Assembly (NCBI GenBank): GCA_034434875.1
Contig: DAOTYJ010000132.1
Location: 20,130-84,129 of the forward strand
Direction: 5' to 3'
Origin: Dehalococcoidia bacterium
Lineage (GTDB): Bacteria; Chloroflexota; Dehalococcoidia; JAUQQI01
Length of the DNA: 64,000 bases
The notes beneath the pieces are model-generated. The model was given only the letters and a program-made list of their open reading frames with translations, ran no database searches and was not told the DNA's origin. Shown here piece by piece: positions 19,488 through 28,347 of this stretch. Each line of letters opens with the position of its first letter. Position 1 is the first letter of the stretch. Both the position numbers and the translations under genes were made by a program.

Positions 19488-22296
19488 CCTCGGCTTCGAC
19501 CGGCCCCTGCTCCTCCTGCTGGGCCTGCCCGTCCTGGCCCTGGTGGTCTACGCCGCCGGCTTCCGCCGGCGGCGGGTGCCCCTGGGGCCGGTGACCCTCC
19601 GGTCGGTTCTGGCCCTGAGCCTCATCCTGAGCCTCGCCGGGGTGAGGCTCAACCTGCCGGTGGACCGGCTGGCCGTGGCCTTCCTGGTGGACCGGTCGGA
19701 CAGCATCGGGGCCGAGAATCGGGCCGCCCAGGAGGCCTTCATCCGGCAGGCCGTCGCCCAGCTGCGGCCTGAGGACGAGTGGGCGGTGATAACCTTTGGG
19801 GCCGAGCCCCTGGTGGACCGGAGCCTGGCCCCGGGAAGCCAGTTTTCGGGCATCGCCTCGGTGCCCGACGGAAGCCGAACGGATATCGAGGCGGCGCTGC
19901 GGCTGGCCATGGGCCTCCTGCCCCCGGACCGGGCCCGCCGGCTGGTCCTCTTGACGGACGGCAACGAGAACCAGGGGGAGGCGATGCGGCAGGCCGACCT
20001 GCTGGGGGCGGCCGGGGTGGAGGTGTGGGCGGTGGCCCTGCCGGGCCGGGCAGGGCCGGAGGTCCGGGCCGAGGGGCTGGTGGCCCCCGGCCGGGTGCGG
20101 GAGGGCCAGCGGCTGGAGCCGCGGGGAACGGTCTGGGCCGCCCAGGCCGCCGACGCCACCGTCCGCCTCCTGGCCGACGGGGTCCCCGTGGCCGAACAGG
20201 CCGTCCGGCTCCAGGCCGGCTTTAACAACTTCGTCTTCCAGGTGGGTGAGCTCCCGCCCGGCTTTCACAACCTGGTCCTCCAGGTGACCAACGTCCCGGA
20301 CACCTACCCCCAGAACAACGAGGCCCTGGCGGTGGTCCAGGTCCTGGGCCAGACCCGCACCCTCCTGGTGGGGGCGGAGGCGGACCGGGGGCCGGTGGCG
20401 GCCGCCCTTAAGGCCGCCGGCGTGCCCGTGACGGAGGTGGAGGCCGAGAACATGCCGGGGAGCCTGGACCGGCTCCGGGACTACGACGTCGTCATCCTGG
20501 CCAACGTCCCGGCCGACCTCCTGGGCGAGAAGCTGGGGACCCTTTCGACCCTGGTCCGGGAGCTGGGGCGGGGGCTGGTGGTGGTCGGGGGCGAGCGAAG
20601 CTACGCCCTCGGGGCCTACCACCGGACGCCCCTGGCCGACCTTCTGCCGGTGGAGCTGGAGCCGAAAAGCTACCGGGATACCCCGAGCGTGGCCTTCGTG
20701 GCCGTCATCGACAAATCGGGGAGCATGGGCAACTGCCACGGCACCTCCGGGGCCTGCGGCTCCCCGCCCCTCACCGGCCCCCCGCCCAACATTCCCAAGG
20801 TGGAGCTGGCCAAGGAGGCGACCTTTCAGGCCCTCCAGCGCCTCAGCCCCCGGGACCAGGTGGGGGTGCTGGTCTTCGACAGCGCCGCCCGCTGGATTGC
20901 CCGGCCCGAACCCAACGTCGACCTCCAGCGGGTCTTCTCCCTGCTGGCCGGCGTCCGGGCCGAGGGGGGGACGAACATTTACGCCGGCCTGGCCGAGGCC
21001 GTCGAGGCCCTGAAGAAGAGCCAGGCGGCGGTAAAGCACATCGTGCTGATGACCGACGGCTGGTCCCGGACGGGCGACTTCAGCGCCCTGGTTCGGGAGA
21101 TGAAGGCCCACGGCATTACCCTCTCCACCATCGGGGTCGGGGGCGGCTCGGCCGACCTGCTCCAGACCCTGGCGAAAGAGGGGGGCGGCCGCTACTACGC
21201 CGTTGCCGACGCCCGGGACGTCCCCCAGATCCTCCTCAAGGAGACCGAAGAGGTTCAGCGGACCATCATCGTCGAAGAGACCTTCCGCCCGGCCCCCACC
21301 GACCCGAGCCCGGTCCTCCGGGGCCTGACCGGCCTGCCCCCCCTCCACGGCTACCTGGGCACCAGCCCCAAGGCCGGGGCCCAGGTGGTCTTAAGGTCGG
21401 CCAGGGACGACCCCATCCTGGCCGCCTGGCAGACCGGCCTGGGCCGGGTGGTGGCCTGGACTTCGGACGCCAAGGGCCGCTGGGCCCGGGACTGGGTGGC
21501 CTGGGCCGGCTTCCCCACCTTCTGGCGGCAGGTGGTCGACTGGGCGGGGGCGGCCCCCACCGGGGAGGGCCTCCGGGCCGCCGTCAGGGCCGAGGGGGCC
21601 GGCGGCCTTATTACCGTGGACCTGGACCGGCCCACCCTGCCCGAGGGCCACACCCTGGAGGCCCGGGTTGTCGGTCCCGACGGCGCCGTAAGGGCCGTTC
21701 GCCTCGACCAGACCGGACCGGGCCAGTTCGAAGGGGCCTTTCCGGCCGGACAGCCGGGCACCTACTACGTGGCCGTGACGGAGCAGGCGGGCGACCAGAC
21801 GGTGCGGGGGGACCGGACGGCCCTGGCGGTGGCCTACTCGGCCGAATACCGGGACCCGGCCTCGAATCCGGCCCTGCTTTCGGGCCTGGTCAGGGCCACC
21901 GGCGGCCGCCTCAACCCGGAGCCGGCCGACGTCTTTAAGGCCGCCTTCCGGCCGGTCCGGCAGGGCGCGCCCCTCTACCCCTGGCTGCTGCTCCTGGCCG
22001 CGGCCCTCTGGCCCCTGGACGTGGCCTGGCGGCGGCTGGGGGTCGGGCCGGGGGCGGTTGGGGCGGCGGTGGTCTCGGCCGTCCGCCGTCGGCTGGCCGC
22101 CCGCCGGGCCGTGGAGGCGCCGGCGATGCTGGGCCGGCTGAGGGCCCGCAAAACCGTGGCGGCCGGCCGCCTGGGCCAGGTCCGGCCCAGGGCCGGGTCC
22201 GAACCCGGCCAGGCGGGGGCCGCCCCCACCGCCGACCTGGGCCGGCTGCGGGAGGCGAAGCTCCGGGCCCGGCGGGAGACCGGCCGGGCAGATTAG
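19480..22296 (+). CDS. Large membrane-anchored protein with two vWA domains and a GATase1-like (DUF4159-type) region
   Basis: 938 aa. vWA MIDAS motifs at DRSDSIG and DKSGSMG. N-terminal TM segment. GTG start overlaps the upstream gene by 8 nt. Confidence 0.7.
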   Translation: MPSLGFDRPLLLLLGLPVLALVVYAAGFRRRRVPLGPVTLRSVLALSLILSLAGVRLNLPVDRLAVAFLVDRSDSIGAENRAAQEAFIRQAVAQLRPEDEWAVITFGAEPLVDRSLAPGSQFSGIASVPDGSRTDIEAALRLAMGLLPPDRARRLVLLTDGNENQGEAMRQADLLGAAGVEVWAVALPGRAGPEVRAEGLVAPGRVREGQRLEPRGTVWAAQAADATVRLLADGVPVAEQAVRLQAGFNNFVFQVGELPPGFHNLVLQVTNVPDTYPQNNEALAVVQVLGQTRTLLVGAEADRGPVAAALKAAGVPVTEVEAENMPGSLDRLRDYDVVILANVPADLLGEKLGTLSTLVRELGRGLVVVGGERSYALGAYHRTPLADLLPVELEPKSYRDTPSVAFVAVIDKSGSMGNCHGTSGACGSPPLTGPPPNIPKVELAKEATFQALQRLSPRDQVGVLVFDSAARWIARPEPNVDLQRVFSLLAGVRAEGGTNIYAGLAEAVEALKKSQAAVKHIVLMTDGWSRTGDFSALVREMKAHGITLSTIGVGGGSADLLQTLAKEGGGRYYAVADARDVPQILLKETEEVQRTIIVEETFRPAPTDPSPVLRGLTGLPPLHGYLGTSPKAGAQVVLRSARDDPILAAWQTGLGRVVAWTSDAKGRWARDWVAWAGFPTFWRQVVDWAGAAPTGEGLRAAVRAEGAGGLITVDLDRPTLPEGHTLEARVVGPDGAVRAVRLDQTGPGQFEGAFPAGQPGTYYVAVTEQAGDQTVRGDRTALAVAYSAEYRDPASNPALLSGLVRATGGRLNPEPADVFKAAFRPVRQGAPLYPWLLLLAAALWPLDVAWRRLGVGPGAVGAAVVSAVRRRLAARRAVEAPAMLGRLRARKTVAAGRLGQVRPRAGSEPGQAGAAPTADLGRLREAKLRARRETGRAD

Positions 22297-23186
22297 TCCC
22301 CGGCCGGCTTCACCTCCACCGAGGCGACCCTTTCCAGGGGAAGGACCAGGGCGGCCATATCCTGGTCGCCCAGGCCCAGGGCCCGCGCCTCCTGAAAGAC
22401 CTGCTCGGCCTGGGCCCCCATCAGCAGGCGGGTGGATATCCGGGCCGCCAGCCGGGTGATCAGGTCCAGGTCCTTGCAGAGGAGGCTCACCGGGGTGCGG
22501 GGGGCAAAGTCCCGCTGGAGGATGAGGGGGGTGGACCGGGTCCACATCATGCTGGCGCCGTAGCTGGTCTTTATCACCTGGAAGGCGACCTGGGGGTCGA
22601 CCCCCGCTTTGGCCGCAAAGACCAGGGCCTCGGCCACCCCCGCCATGTTGATGCCCACCAGCAGCTGGTTTACCAGCTTAACGACGGTGCCGCTCCCGGA
22701 GGGGCCGCAGTAGTGGATATTTTTCCCCAGCTTTTCAAAGACCGGCCGGGCCCGCTCGAAAGCCTCCCGGTCGCCCCCCACCATGATGGTGAGGGTGGCG
22801 GCCTCGGCCCCCGGCGGGCCGCCGCTTACCGGCGCGTCCAGAAAGGCGGCTCCCACGGCCCGGGCGGCCTCGTAAAGGGCCCGGCTGGTCTCGGGGTCCA
22901 CGGTGCTGGTATCCACCCAGAGCTGGCCGGCCCGCTTCGCCTCGGCAACCCCCTGGGGCCCCAGGTAGACCTGGCGGACGGTGGGCGGGTCGGGCAGGCT
23001 GGTTATGACGACGTCGGCCTGCCGGGCCACCTCCGCCGGGCTTTCGGCCGGGATTGCCCCCTCGGCCGCCAGCGCCTCGACGGGGGCCCGGCTCCGGTTG
23101 TGGACCGCCACCTCGTAGCCGGCCTTAAGCAGGTTGCGGGCCATGGGCCGGCCCATCTTTCCCAGGCCGATGAAGCCGATGCGCAC
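22293..23186 (-). CDS. NAD(P)-dependent oxidoreductase, 3-hydroxyisobutyrate / tartronate-semialdehyde reductase (HIBADH) family
   Basis: Rossmann motif GFIGLGKMG and the HIBADH catalytic region. GTG start at 23186 with a GGAGGA RBS. The longer track ORF (to 23513) is an overextension. Confidence 0.75.
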   Translation of the reverse strand: MRIGFIGLGKMGRPMARNLLKAGYEVAVHNRSRAPVEALAAEGAIPAESPAEVARQADVVITSLPDPPTVRQVYLGPQGVAEAKRAGQLWVDTSTVDPETSRALYEAARAVGAAFLDAPVSGGPPGAEAATLTIMVGGDREAFERARPVFEKLGKNIHYCGPSGSGTVVKLVNQLLVGINMAGVAEALVFAAKAGVDPQVAFQVIKTSYGASMMWTRSTPLILQRDFAPRTPVSLLCKDLDLITRLAARISTRLLMGAQAEQVFQEARALGLGDQDMAALVLPLERVASVEVKPAGD

Positions 23187-23292
23187 GGGGCTTCCTCCTC
23201 GGGGCAGGCTTTTCGGCAGGATTATACCAGACCCGGCCGGGCCCGGTTCGCTAAAATCAACCGGAAAACCTTCGGACCGAAGCGAGGTCGGG

Positions 23293-24288
23293 ATGAGACT
23301 GGCAAACCTGGAACGGATCCGGCTGGCGGCCCTTCCCACCCCCCTGCAGTACGCCCCGAGGCTCACCGAGGCCCTGGGCGGGCCCAAAATCTTTATCAAA
23401 CGGGACGACCTGACGGGGGTGGCCCTTGGGGGCAATAAGCTCCGCAAGCTGGAGTTTTTGCTCGCCCGGGCCCGGGCGGTGGGGGCCACCTGTGTGATTA
23501 CCTGCGGCGGCACCCAGTCTAACCACGCCTGCCAGACGGCCGCGGCCGCCGCCCGGGTGGGCCTTAAGTGCGTCCTGGTGCTGGCCTCGGGCGTCCATAA
23601 CGAGCTTCAGGGCAACCTCCTGCTGGATAACCTTTTCGGGGCGGACGTGAAGGTAATCGAGGCCCCGACCACCAGCCCCGACGAGCTGGATAAGGCGATG
23701 GCGGAGGTCTCGGAGCACCTCCGCCGCCAGGGGGAGGTTCCGTACATTATTCCCCTGGGCGGTTCGAGCCGCTACGGGGCGGCCGGCTACGTGCTGGCCA
23801 GCCTGGAGCTCATCGGCCAGACGGTGGAGCTGGGCATCAAGCCCGACTATCTTTACGTGGCGGTGGGCAGCGGCTCGACCCTGGCCGGCCTCATCGTCGG
23901 GGCCAAGGCCTTTTCGGCCCCTTACCGGGTGAAGGGGGTCGCCGTCTACCGGCCCCCCGACGAGCAGAGGCGCGGCATCTGGGCCCTGGCCCAGGATACC
24001 GCCGAACTGCTCGGCCTCAACCTGACCGTTGAGCCCCACGACGTCCCCATCGACGGGGATTACCTGGGGCCGGGCTACGGCCGCCTCACCCCCGAGGCCC
24101 TGGAGGCCATCCGGCTGGCGGCCCGCACCGAGGGGATCCTGCTGGACCCGGTTTACACGGGGAAGGCCATGGCCGCCCTCATCGGCCACATCCGGGCCGG
24201 TTGGGTCGGGCCCGAGGAGACGGTGATTTTCCTCCACACGGGGGGAGCCCCGGCCCTTTTCGCCTACGCCCGGGAGCTTACTGATTAG
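23293..24288 (+). CDS. PLP-dependent D-cysteine desulfhydrase / ACC deaminase family protein
   Basis: Fold-type II PLP enzyme with the lysine in LGGNKLRKLEFLL and typical DcyD/ACCD length. ATG at 23293. Confidence 0.75.
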   Translation: MRLANLERIRLAALPTPLQYAPRLTEALGGPKIFIKRDDLTGVALGGNKLRKLEFLLARARAVGATCVITCGGTQSNHACQTAAAAARVGLKCVLVLASGVHNELQGNLLLDNLFGADVKVIEAPTTSPDELDKAMAEVSEHLRRQGEVPYIIPLGGSSRYGAAGYVLASLELIGQTVELGIKPDYLYVAVGSGSTLAGLIVGAKAFSAPYRVKGVAVYRPPDEQRRGIWALAQDTAELLGLNLTVEPHDVPIDGDYLGPGYGRLTPEALEAIRLAARTEGILLDPVYTGKAMAALIGHIRAGWVGPEETVIFLHTGGAPALFAYARELTD

Positions 24289-24746
24289 CGGCGCTTTTTT
24301 TTCTTCTTTTTGCGCCGCCTGCGCTCCGACCTGGGGGCCGGCTTGTATCTTTCGACGGCCAGCTGCCGCTCCGCCTCGGCCAGCCGCTTCGGGTAGGTCC
24401 TGAAATAGTAAAACAGGCCGTAAATGACCAGGCCCAGGCCGACCAGGCCGGCGGCCAGCAGCATAACCCGGGAGCCCAGGTAGGGGATGCCCAGGTAGCG
24501 GACGGTGAAAATCAAAACGACGGCGGCGCTGTAAAAGACGATGACCCGGCCGACCCGCCGCAGGAGGCCGTACTTAAAGGGGTGGGCCTCGAGGCGGCGG
24601 TTGGCGTAGTTGACCAGGATGAGGCCCCCGAACATGGCCAGCAGAAAAAGGACGTCTACCAGCTGGCCGACCAGGGATGGGGGGCCGGGCTGGGGCTCGA
24701 GCCAGTAATTCGGGTCTAAAAGCCTGGCGGGGTCGAACTCAGGCAT
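24285..24746 (-). CDS. Small membrane protein (3 predicted TM helices) with strongly polybasic C-terminal tail RRRRKKKKKKRR
   Basis: 153 aa ORF. The hydrophobic segments are separated by Arg-rich loops. The C-terminus is encoded by a T-rich hairpin region on the plus strand. Confidence 0.5.
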   Translation of the reverse strand: MPEFDPARLLDPNYWLEPQPGPPSLVGQLVDVLFLLAMFGGLILVNYANRRLEAHPFKYGLLRRVGRVIVFYSAAVVLIFTVRYLGIPYLGSRVMLLAAGLVGLGLVIYGLFYYFRTYPKRLAEAERQLAVERYKPAPRSERRRRKKKKKKRR

Positions 24747-24762
24747 TTTTAACCGGCTCGCC

Positions 24763-25821
24763 CTAGGTGCCGATGGCCGCCCGGCGGGCCTCGGCCAGCT
24801 GGCCGTGGCGCTGGACCAGGGCGTTGATAAGGTTTGTAACCAGCGACGGGAACTGTTTTACCAGCTCCAGGACCGCCTCCTGGTGGATGCCGATGAGAAC
24901 CGAGGGTTCCAGGGCCCGCACGGAGAAGGTTCGGACGCCTTCGCCGAGGATGGCCATCTCCCCGAACAGGTCGCCCCGGCGGAAGGTGGCCAGGTGGCGC
25001 TCCCGGTTTTCGTAATCGGCCACGTAGGCCACCAGCCGGCCGCTCTCGACGATGTAAAGCATGTCGCCGGTGCCGCCGGCCGTAAAGACGTTGGTGCCGG
25101 CCCGGTACCAGCGCCGGACCATAAGGCCGCGGCCGAATAAGTCCTGACAGGCGGCCGCCAGGGCCTCCGGCATGACCGATTTAAACATCGGGGTTGAGGC
25201 CAGGAAGGCCGCCACCGCCTCCGGCCGAAATTCCCGGTCCTCCACGTTTTTTAAGACCTCGGTGGGCTGGACCGGCTGGCGCCGGCCGACGGCGGCGGCC
25301 TCCACCACCAGCTCGACCCGGCGGCGGTTTACCAGGAGAAAGGGCGCCTGAAAGCTCAGGTCGGGGTTGAGGTTATAGGCCACCGTGCAGTGGGTCACCG
25401 GCAGAAACAGGCGCTGGGGGTCGTGGATGTAGTCGATGAGACCGGCCCCCTGGACCCGGTGGATGGTGCCGTCGACGGTGAAGGGCCAGGCCTCGATGAG
25501 GGCCCTTACCCGCTCCCGCTCGACCACCATCTGGGCCCGGTCGGGGGGGCGCTCGTAGCCGGCGATATCCCGGGGCATCGCCAAGATGACCTGGTCCCGG
25601 TTGAGGACGATGAAGCCGGCCTGGACCTCTTCCTGCCGGGGGGCGTAGAGCCGCTGGAAGGTGGCGTCCTGGAGCCGGATGAATTCCTGGTCCAGGTCGT
25701 TCATCATATCGGAAAACCGGAACTGGCGGGTGTAAACGTAGCCGGTGTACCGGCTGTGGGCGGTGAAAAAGACCCCGTAGACGACGTAAACTTCGCCGGG
25801 TCGGAAGCTCACCGTTTGCAT
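24763..25821 (-). CDS. Cyclic nucleotide-binding (cNMP/CAP effector-type) domain protein with uncharacterised ~210 aa N-terminal domain
   Basis: C-terminal cNMP-binding fold (GDLFGEMAILGEGVRTFSVRALEPSVL). The start is the ATG at 25821 (MQTVSF). The 556 aa track ORF is an overextension across the divergent NUDIX gene. Confidence 0.6.
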   Translation of the reverse strand: MQTVSFRPGEVYVVYGVFFTAHSRYTGYVYTRQFRFSDMMNDLDQEFIRLQDATFQRLYAPRQEEVQAGFIVLNRDQVILAMPRDIAGYERPPDRAQMVVERERVRALIEAWPFTVDGTIHRVQGAGLIDYIHDPQRLFLPVTHCTVAYNLNPDLSFQAPFLLVNRRRVELVVEAAAVGRRQPVQPTEVLKNVEDREFRPEAVAAFLASTPMFKSVMPEALAAACQDLFGRGLMVRRWYRAGTNVFTAGGTGDMLYIVESGRLVAYVADYENRERHLATFRRGDLFGEMAILGEGVRTFSVRALEPSVLIGIHQEAVLELVKQFPSLVTNLINALVQRHGQLAEARRAAIGT

Positions 25822-25854
25822 TTGCTCACAAGCAATTATAATTAGTCCGATAGG

Positions 25855-26472
25855 ATGGCCGACGACCTGATTGCGGAGGTGGGACGGGCGGTGGAACGGC
25901 TTCGGGGGATCGCCCAGGATCCATACGACCGGGAGCGGTACACCGAAATTCTGGCGGTTGCGGCCCGGCTCTCTAACCTGCTTTCGGCCGGGGCCGGCAT
26001 CCCCGAAGCCGGAATTCTTGCCCGCTGGCGGGAAGAGGTGGTGCCCGGCGACCCCACTTACCCGACCCCAAAGGTTGGGGTCGGGGCGGTTATCTTCGAC
26101 CGGCACGACCGGATTCTGCTCATTCGCCGGGCAGATACGGGGCGCTGGTTCGTACCGGTGGGCTGGGCCGACATTGGCTACACCCCGGCGGAAGTGGCGG
26201 CCAAAGAGGCCCTGGAAGAGACCGGCCTGGTGGTGCGGCCGGTAAAACTCATCGGCGTCTACGACAGCATCCGCCACCATTCCCCCCGCCGTCTTCATTA
26301 CTGCCGGCCGGTAGGCGGGGAACTTAAGCCCGACCCCCGGGAGGTCTTGGAGGTCGGGTTCTTTACCCGGTCCGAGGTGCCGGCCAACACCCACGGCGAC
26401 CCGGTCTGGGTGGCCCACGCCTTTGCCTGCCACCGGGGCGAACTTACAGAGGCGTACTTCGACCCCCTTTAG
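25855..26472 (+). CDS. NUDIX hydrolase
   Basis: NUDIX box variant (GYTPAEVAAKEALEETGL) with the conserved EE pair. 205 aa. Confidence 0.75.
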   Translation: MADDLIAEVGRAVERLRGIAQDPYDRERYTEILAVAARLSNLLSAGAGIPEAGILARWREEVVPGDPTYPTPKVGVGAVIFDRHDRILLIRRADTGRWFVPVGWADIGYTPAEVAAKEALEETGLVVRPVKLIGVYDSIRHHSPRRLHYCRPVGGELKPDPREVLEVGFFTRSEVPANTHGDPVWVAHAFACHRGELTEAYFDPL

Positions 26473-26480
26473 GAGGCCCG

Positions 26481-27812
26481 ATGTCCGGACGCATCGAAGG
26501 CATCATCCCCCCGATGGTCACCCCTTTCGACGAGGCCGAGGAGCTGGACCCAAAGGCCCTGGCCGATGAGGTGGAGTATCTGGTCGGGGCCGGGGTCCAC
26601 GGCCTGGCCGTCGGGGGCTCCACGGGGGAGGGGGCGGGCCTCGACCCGGCCGAACTTTATCGGGCCTGCCGGGCGGCCGTGGAAGCCGCCCGGGGCCGGG
26701 TGCCCGTCTACGGCAGCGCCATCCCCGACACCACCCGGGAGGCCGTCCGGCTGGGGCTGGCGGCCAAAGAGGCCGGGGTTGCGGGGCTCCAGGTGACCCC
26801 GCCCCACTACCTGTGGCGGCCGGACGCCCGGGGCCTGGTCGAGTACTACGGCCGCCTTGCCGAGGCGGTGGGCCTGCCCATCATCGTTTACAACGTGCTT
26901 CCCTGGGCGCCCATCCCGGCCGACACCATGGAAAAGCTTGCGGCGGCGGTGCCCCTGGTCCAAAGCGTCAAGCAGAGCGGGGGCGACCTGCACACCCTGG
27001 CCGACCTGCTTCTGCGCCTGGGGGACCGGCTGACGGTGCTGAGCGCGGTGGACGACCTGCTTTACCCCTCCTTTGCGCTGGGGGCCCACGGGGCCGTCGC
27101 CGCCGTCGTCACGGTGGCCCCGGCCCTGGGGGTAAGCCTCTTCGAGGCCGTCCGGGCGGGGCGCCACGGGGAGGCCCTGGGTCTCCACCGCCGGCTCCTG
27201 ACCATCTGGCGGGCGGTGGAGGGTCCTAACCTGCCGGCCAAGGTAAAATACGCCCTCGAACTCCAGGGCCGCCGGGCCGGACGCCCCCGGAGCCCCCTCC
27301 GGCCCCCGGATGAGGCCGAAAAGGAGGCCATTCGGCAGGCCCTGGCCGCGGCCGGCATTATCCGGGGGTCGGGGGGTGGCCCCGGGCCGGGCGGGGTCCC
27401 GGCCCGGCTCGTCCTTTACGTGGACGGGGCCAGTTCGGGGAATCCGGGACCGGCGGGCATCGGGGTTGTCGCCTTCGCCGACGGGCGGCGGGTGGGCAGC
27501 TGGGGGGAGGCGGTGGGACGGGCCACCAACAACGAGGCCGAATACCTGGCCTTAAAGCGGGCCCTAGAGCTGGCCCTGGAGCTGGGCGCCCGGCAGGTGG
27601 AGGTCCGGCTGGATTCGGAGCTGGTTTACCGGCAACTGCGGGGCGAATACCGGGTTCTTGACCGGCGGCTCCGGGGCCTCTACGAGGCCGTGCGCCGCCT
27701 GGCCGGCCGCTTTGAGGCCTTCGACCTTAAATGGGTGCCCCGGGCCGATAACGCCGAGGCGAATCGGCTTGCCCGGCAGGCAGTCCGCCTGGGGGCCCAG
27801 GGTCCCGGTTGA
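26481..27812 (+). CDS. Fusion protein: DapA/DHDPS-family class I aldolase domain (aa 1-300) + RNase HI (type 1 RNase H) domain (aa ~315-443)
   Basis: DHDPS-family motifs: GSTGEG, YNVLP and a Schiff-base Lys in VKQSGG. Gly-rich linker SGGGPGPGG. RNase H catalytic DEDD residues are all present (YVDGASSGNPG, TNNEAEYLAL, RLDSELV, RADNAEANRLA). Single uninterrupted frame with a strong AGGAGG RBS. Confidence 0.7.
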   Translation: MSGRIEGIIPPMVTPFDEAEELDPKALADEVEYLVGAGVHGLAVGGSTGEGAGLDPAELYRACRAAVEAARGRVPVYGSAIPDTTREAVRLGLAAKEAGVAGLQVTPPHYLWRPDARGLVEYYGRLAEAVGLPIIVYNVLPWAPIPADTMEKLAAAVPLVQSVKQSGGDLHTLADLLLRLGDRLTVLSAVDDLLYPSFALGAHGAVAAVVTVAPALGVSLFEAVRAGRHGEALGLHRRLLTIWRAVEGPNLPAKVKYALELQGRRAGRPRSPLRPPDEAEKEAIRQALAAAGIIRGSGGGPGPGGVPARLVLYVDGASSGNPGPAGIGVVAFADGRRVGSWGEAVGRATNNEAEYLALKRALELALELGARQVEVRLDSELVYRQLRGEYRVLDRRLRGLYEAVRRLAGRFEAFDLKWVPRADNAEANRLARQAVRLGAQGPG

Positions 27813-27900
27813 CCTGGCCCCGGCTGGAAATGGGGGCGGCCCATCTGCTAATATAAAGTTGAGTTTGACGCTAAACAATAACGGAGGGGTACGGCCGCCG

Positions 27901-28338
27901 ATGCGCATCTCCATGAAGGCCGATTACGGCATCCGGGCGCTGGTGGACCTGGCCCGTCACTACGGTGAGGGGCCGGTGCAGACCAGCGAGATCGCGGCCC
28001 GCCAGTTCATCCCCGAACCTTACCTGGACCAGCTGCTGACGGTGCTGCGCAAGGCCGGCCTTATCCGGAGCATCCGGGGACCCCAGGGCGGCCACATGCT
28101 TATGCGCCCCCCCAACCAGATCACCATGGGGGAGGTCGTGGCCGCCCTCGAGGGCAATATCGCCGTCCTGGACTGCCTGGACGACCTGGGCGCCTGCCAG
28201 CTCTCCGAGCGGTGCGGTCAGCGGTCGGTCTGGCAGGAGGTCCGGGCGGTGACCCGGCGCATCCTCGATTCGGTCACCCTTCAGGACCTGCTGGAGCGGG
28301 AAGAGCAGGCCGAAACCCGGGTGGTCTATCACATCTAA
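27901..28338 (+). CDS. Rrf2-family transcriptional regulator (CymR/IscR-like)
   Basis: N-terminal wHTH (MKADYGIRALVDLARH...) and a C-terminal Cys cluster (CLDDLGACQLSERC). Sits immediately upstream of cysK, as CymR does. Confidence 0.8.
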   Translation: MRISMKADYGIRALVDLARHYGEGPVQTSEIAARQFIPEPYLDQLLTVLRKAGLIRSIRGPQGGHMLMRPPNQITMGEVVAALEGNIAVLDCLDDLGACQLSERCGQRSVWQEVRAVTRRILDSVTLQDLLEREEQAETRVVYHI

Positions 28339-28347
28339 GGGGGAGCC

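Noticed and set aside
729-22545. Numerous long antisense ORFs in the track (e.g. 729-1757 -, 1484-2884 -, 4037-5440 -, 15724-17130 -, 17583-18797 -, 19261-21348 -, 21391-22545 -, 59707-61341 + N-terminal part)
   Set aside because: All are Gly/Pro/Arg-rich, have no domain similarity, and lie antisense to or out of frame with genes with strong family signatures. They are typical high-GC stop-codon-poor artefacts.
22293-23513. 406-aa form of the HIBADH-family oxidoreductase
   Set aside because: The Rossmann GxGxxG motif begins 110 codons in. A GTG at 23186 with a GGAGGA RBS gives the normal ~298-aa length. The upstream extension is low-complexity.
24763-26433. 556-aa version of the cNMP-binding gene running through the NUDIX hydrolase gene on the opposite strand
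   Set aside because: The N-terminal 204 codons are antisense to a gene with a clear NUDIX box and have no family similarity. An ATG at 25821 sits at the edge of an AT-rich divergent promoter region. It gives a sensible 353-aa protein.
24285-26472. Pycsar/CBASS-like anti-phage module (cNMP-binding effector + small membrane protein)
   Set aside because: No nucleotide cyclase (PycC/CD-NTase) gene is adjacent. Neighbours are metabolic (desulfhydrase, NUDIX, DapA-family). The cNMP domain is C-terminal, not N-terminal as in Pyc effectors.
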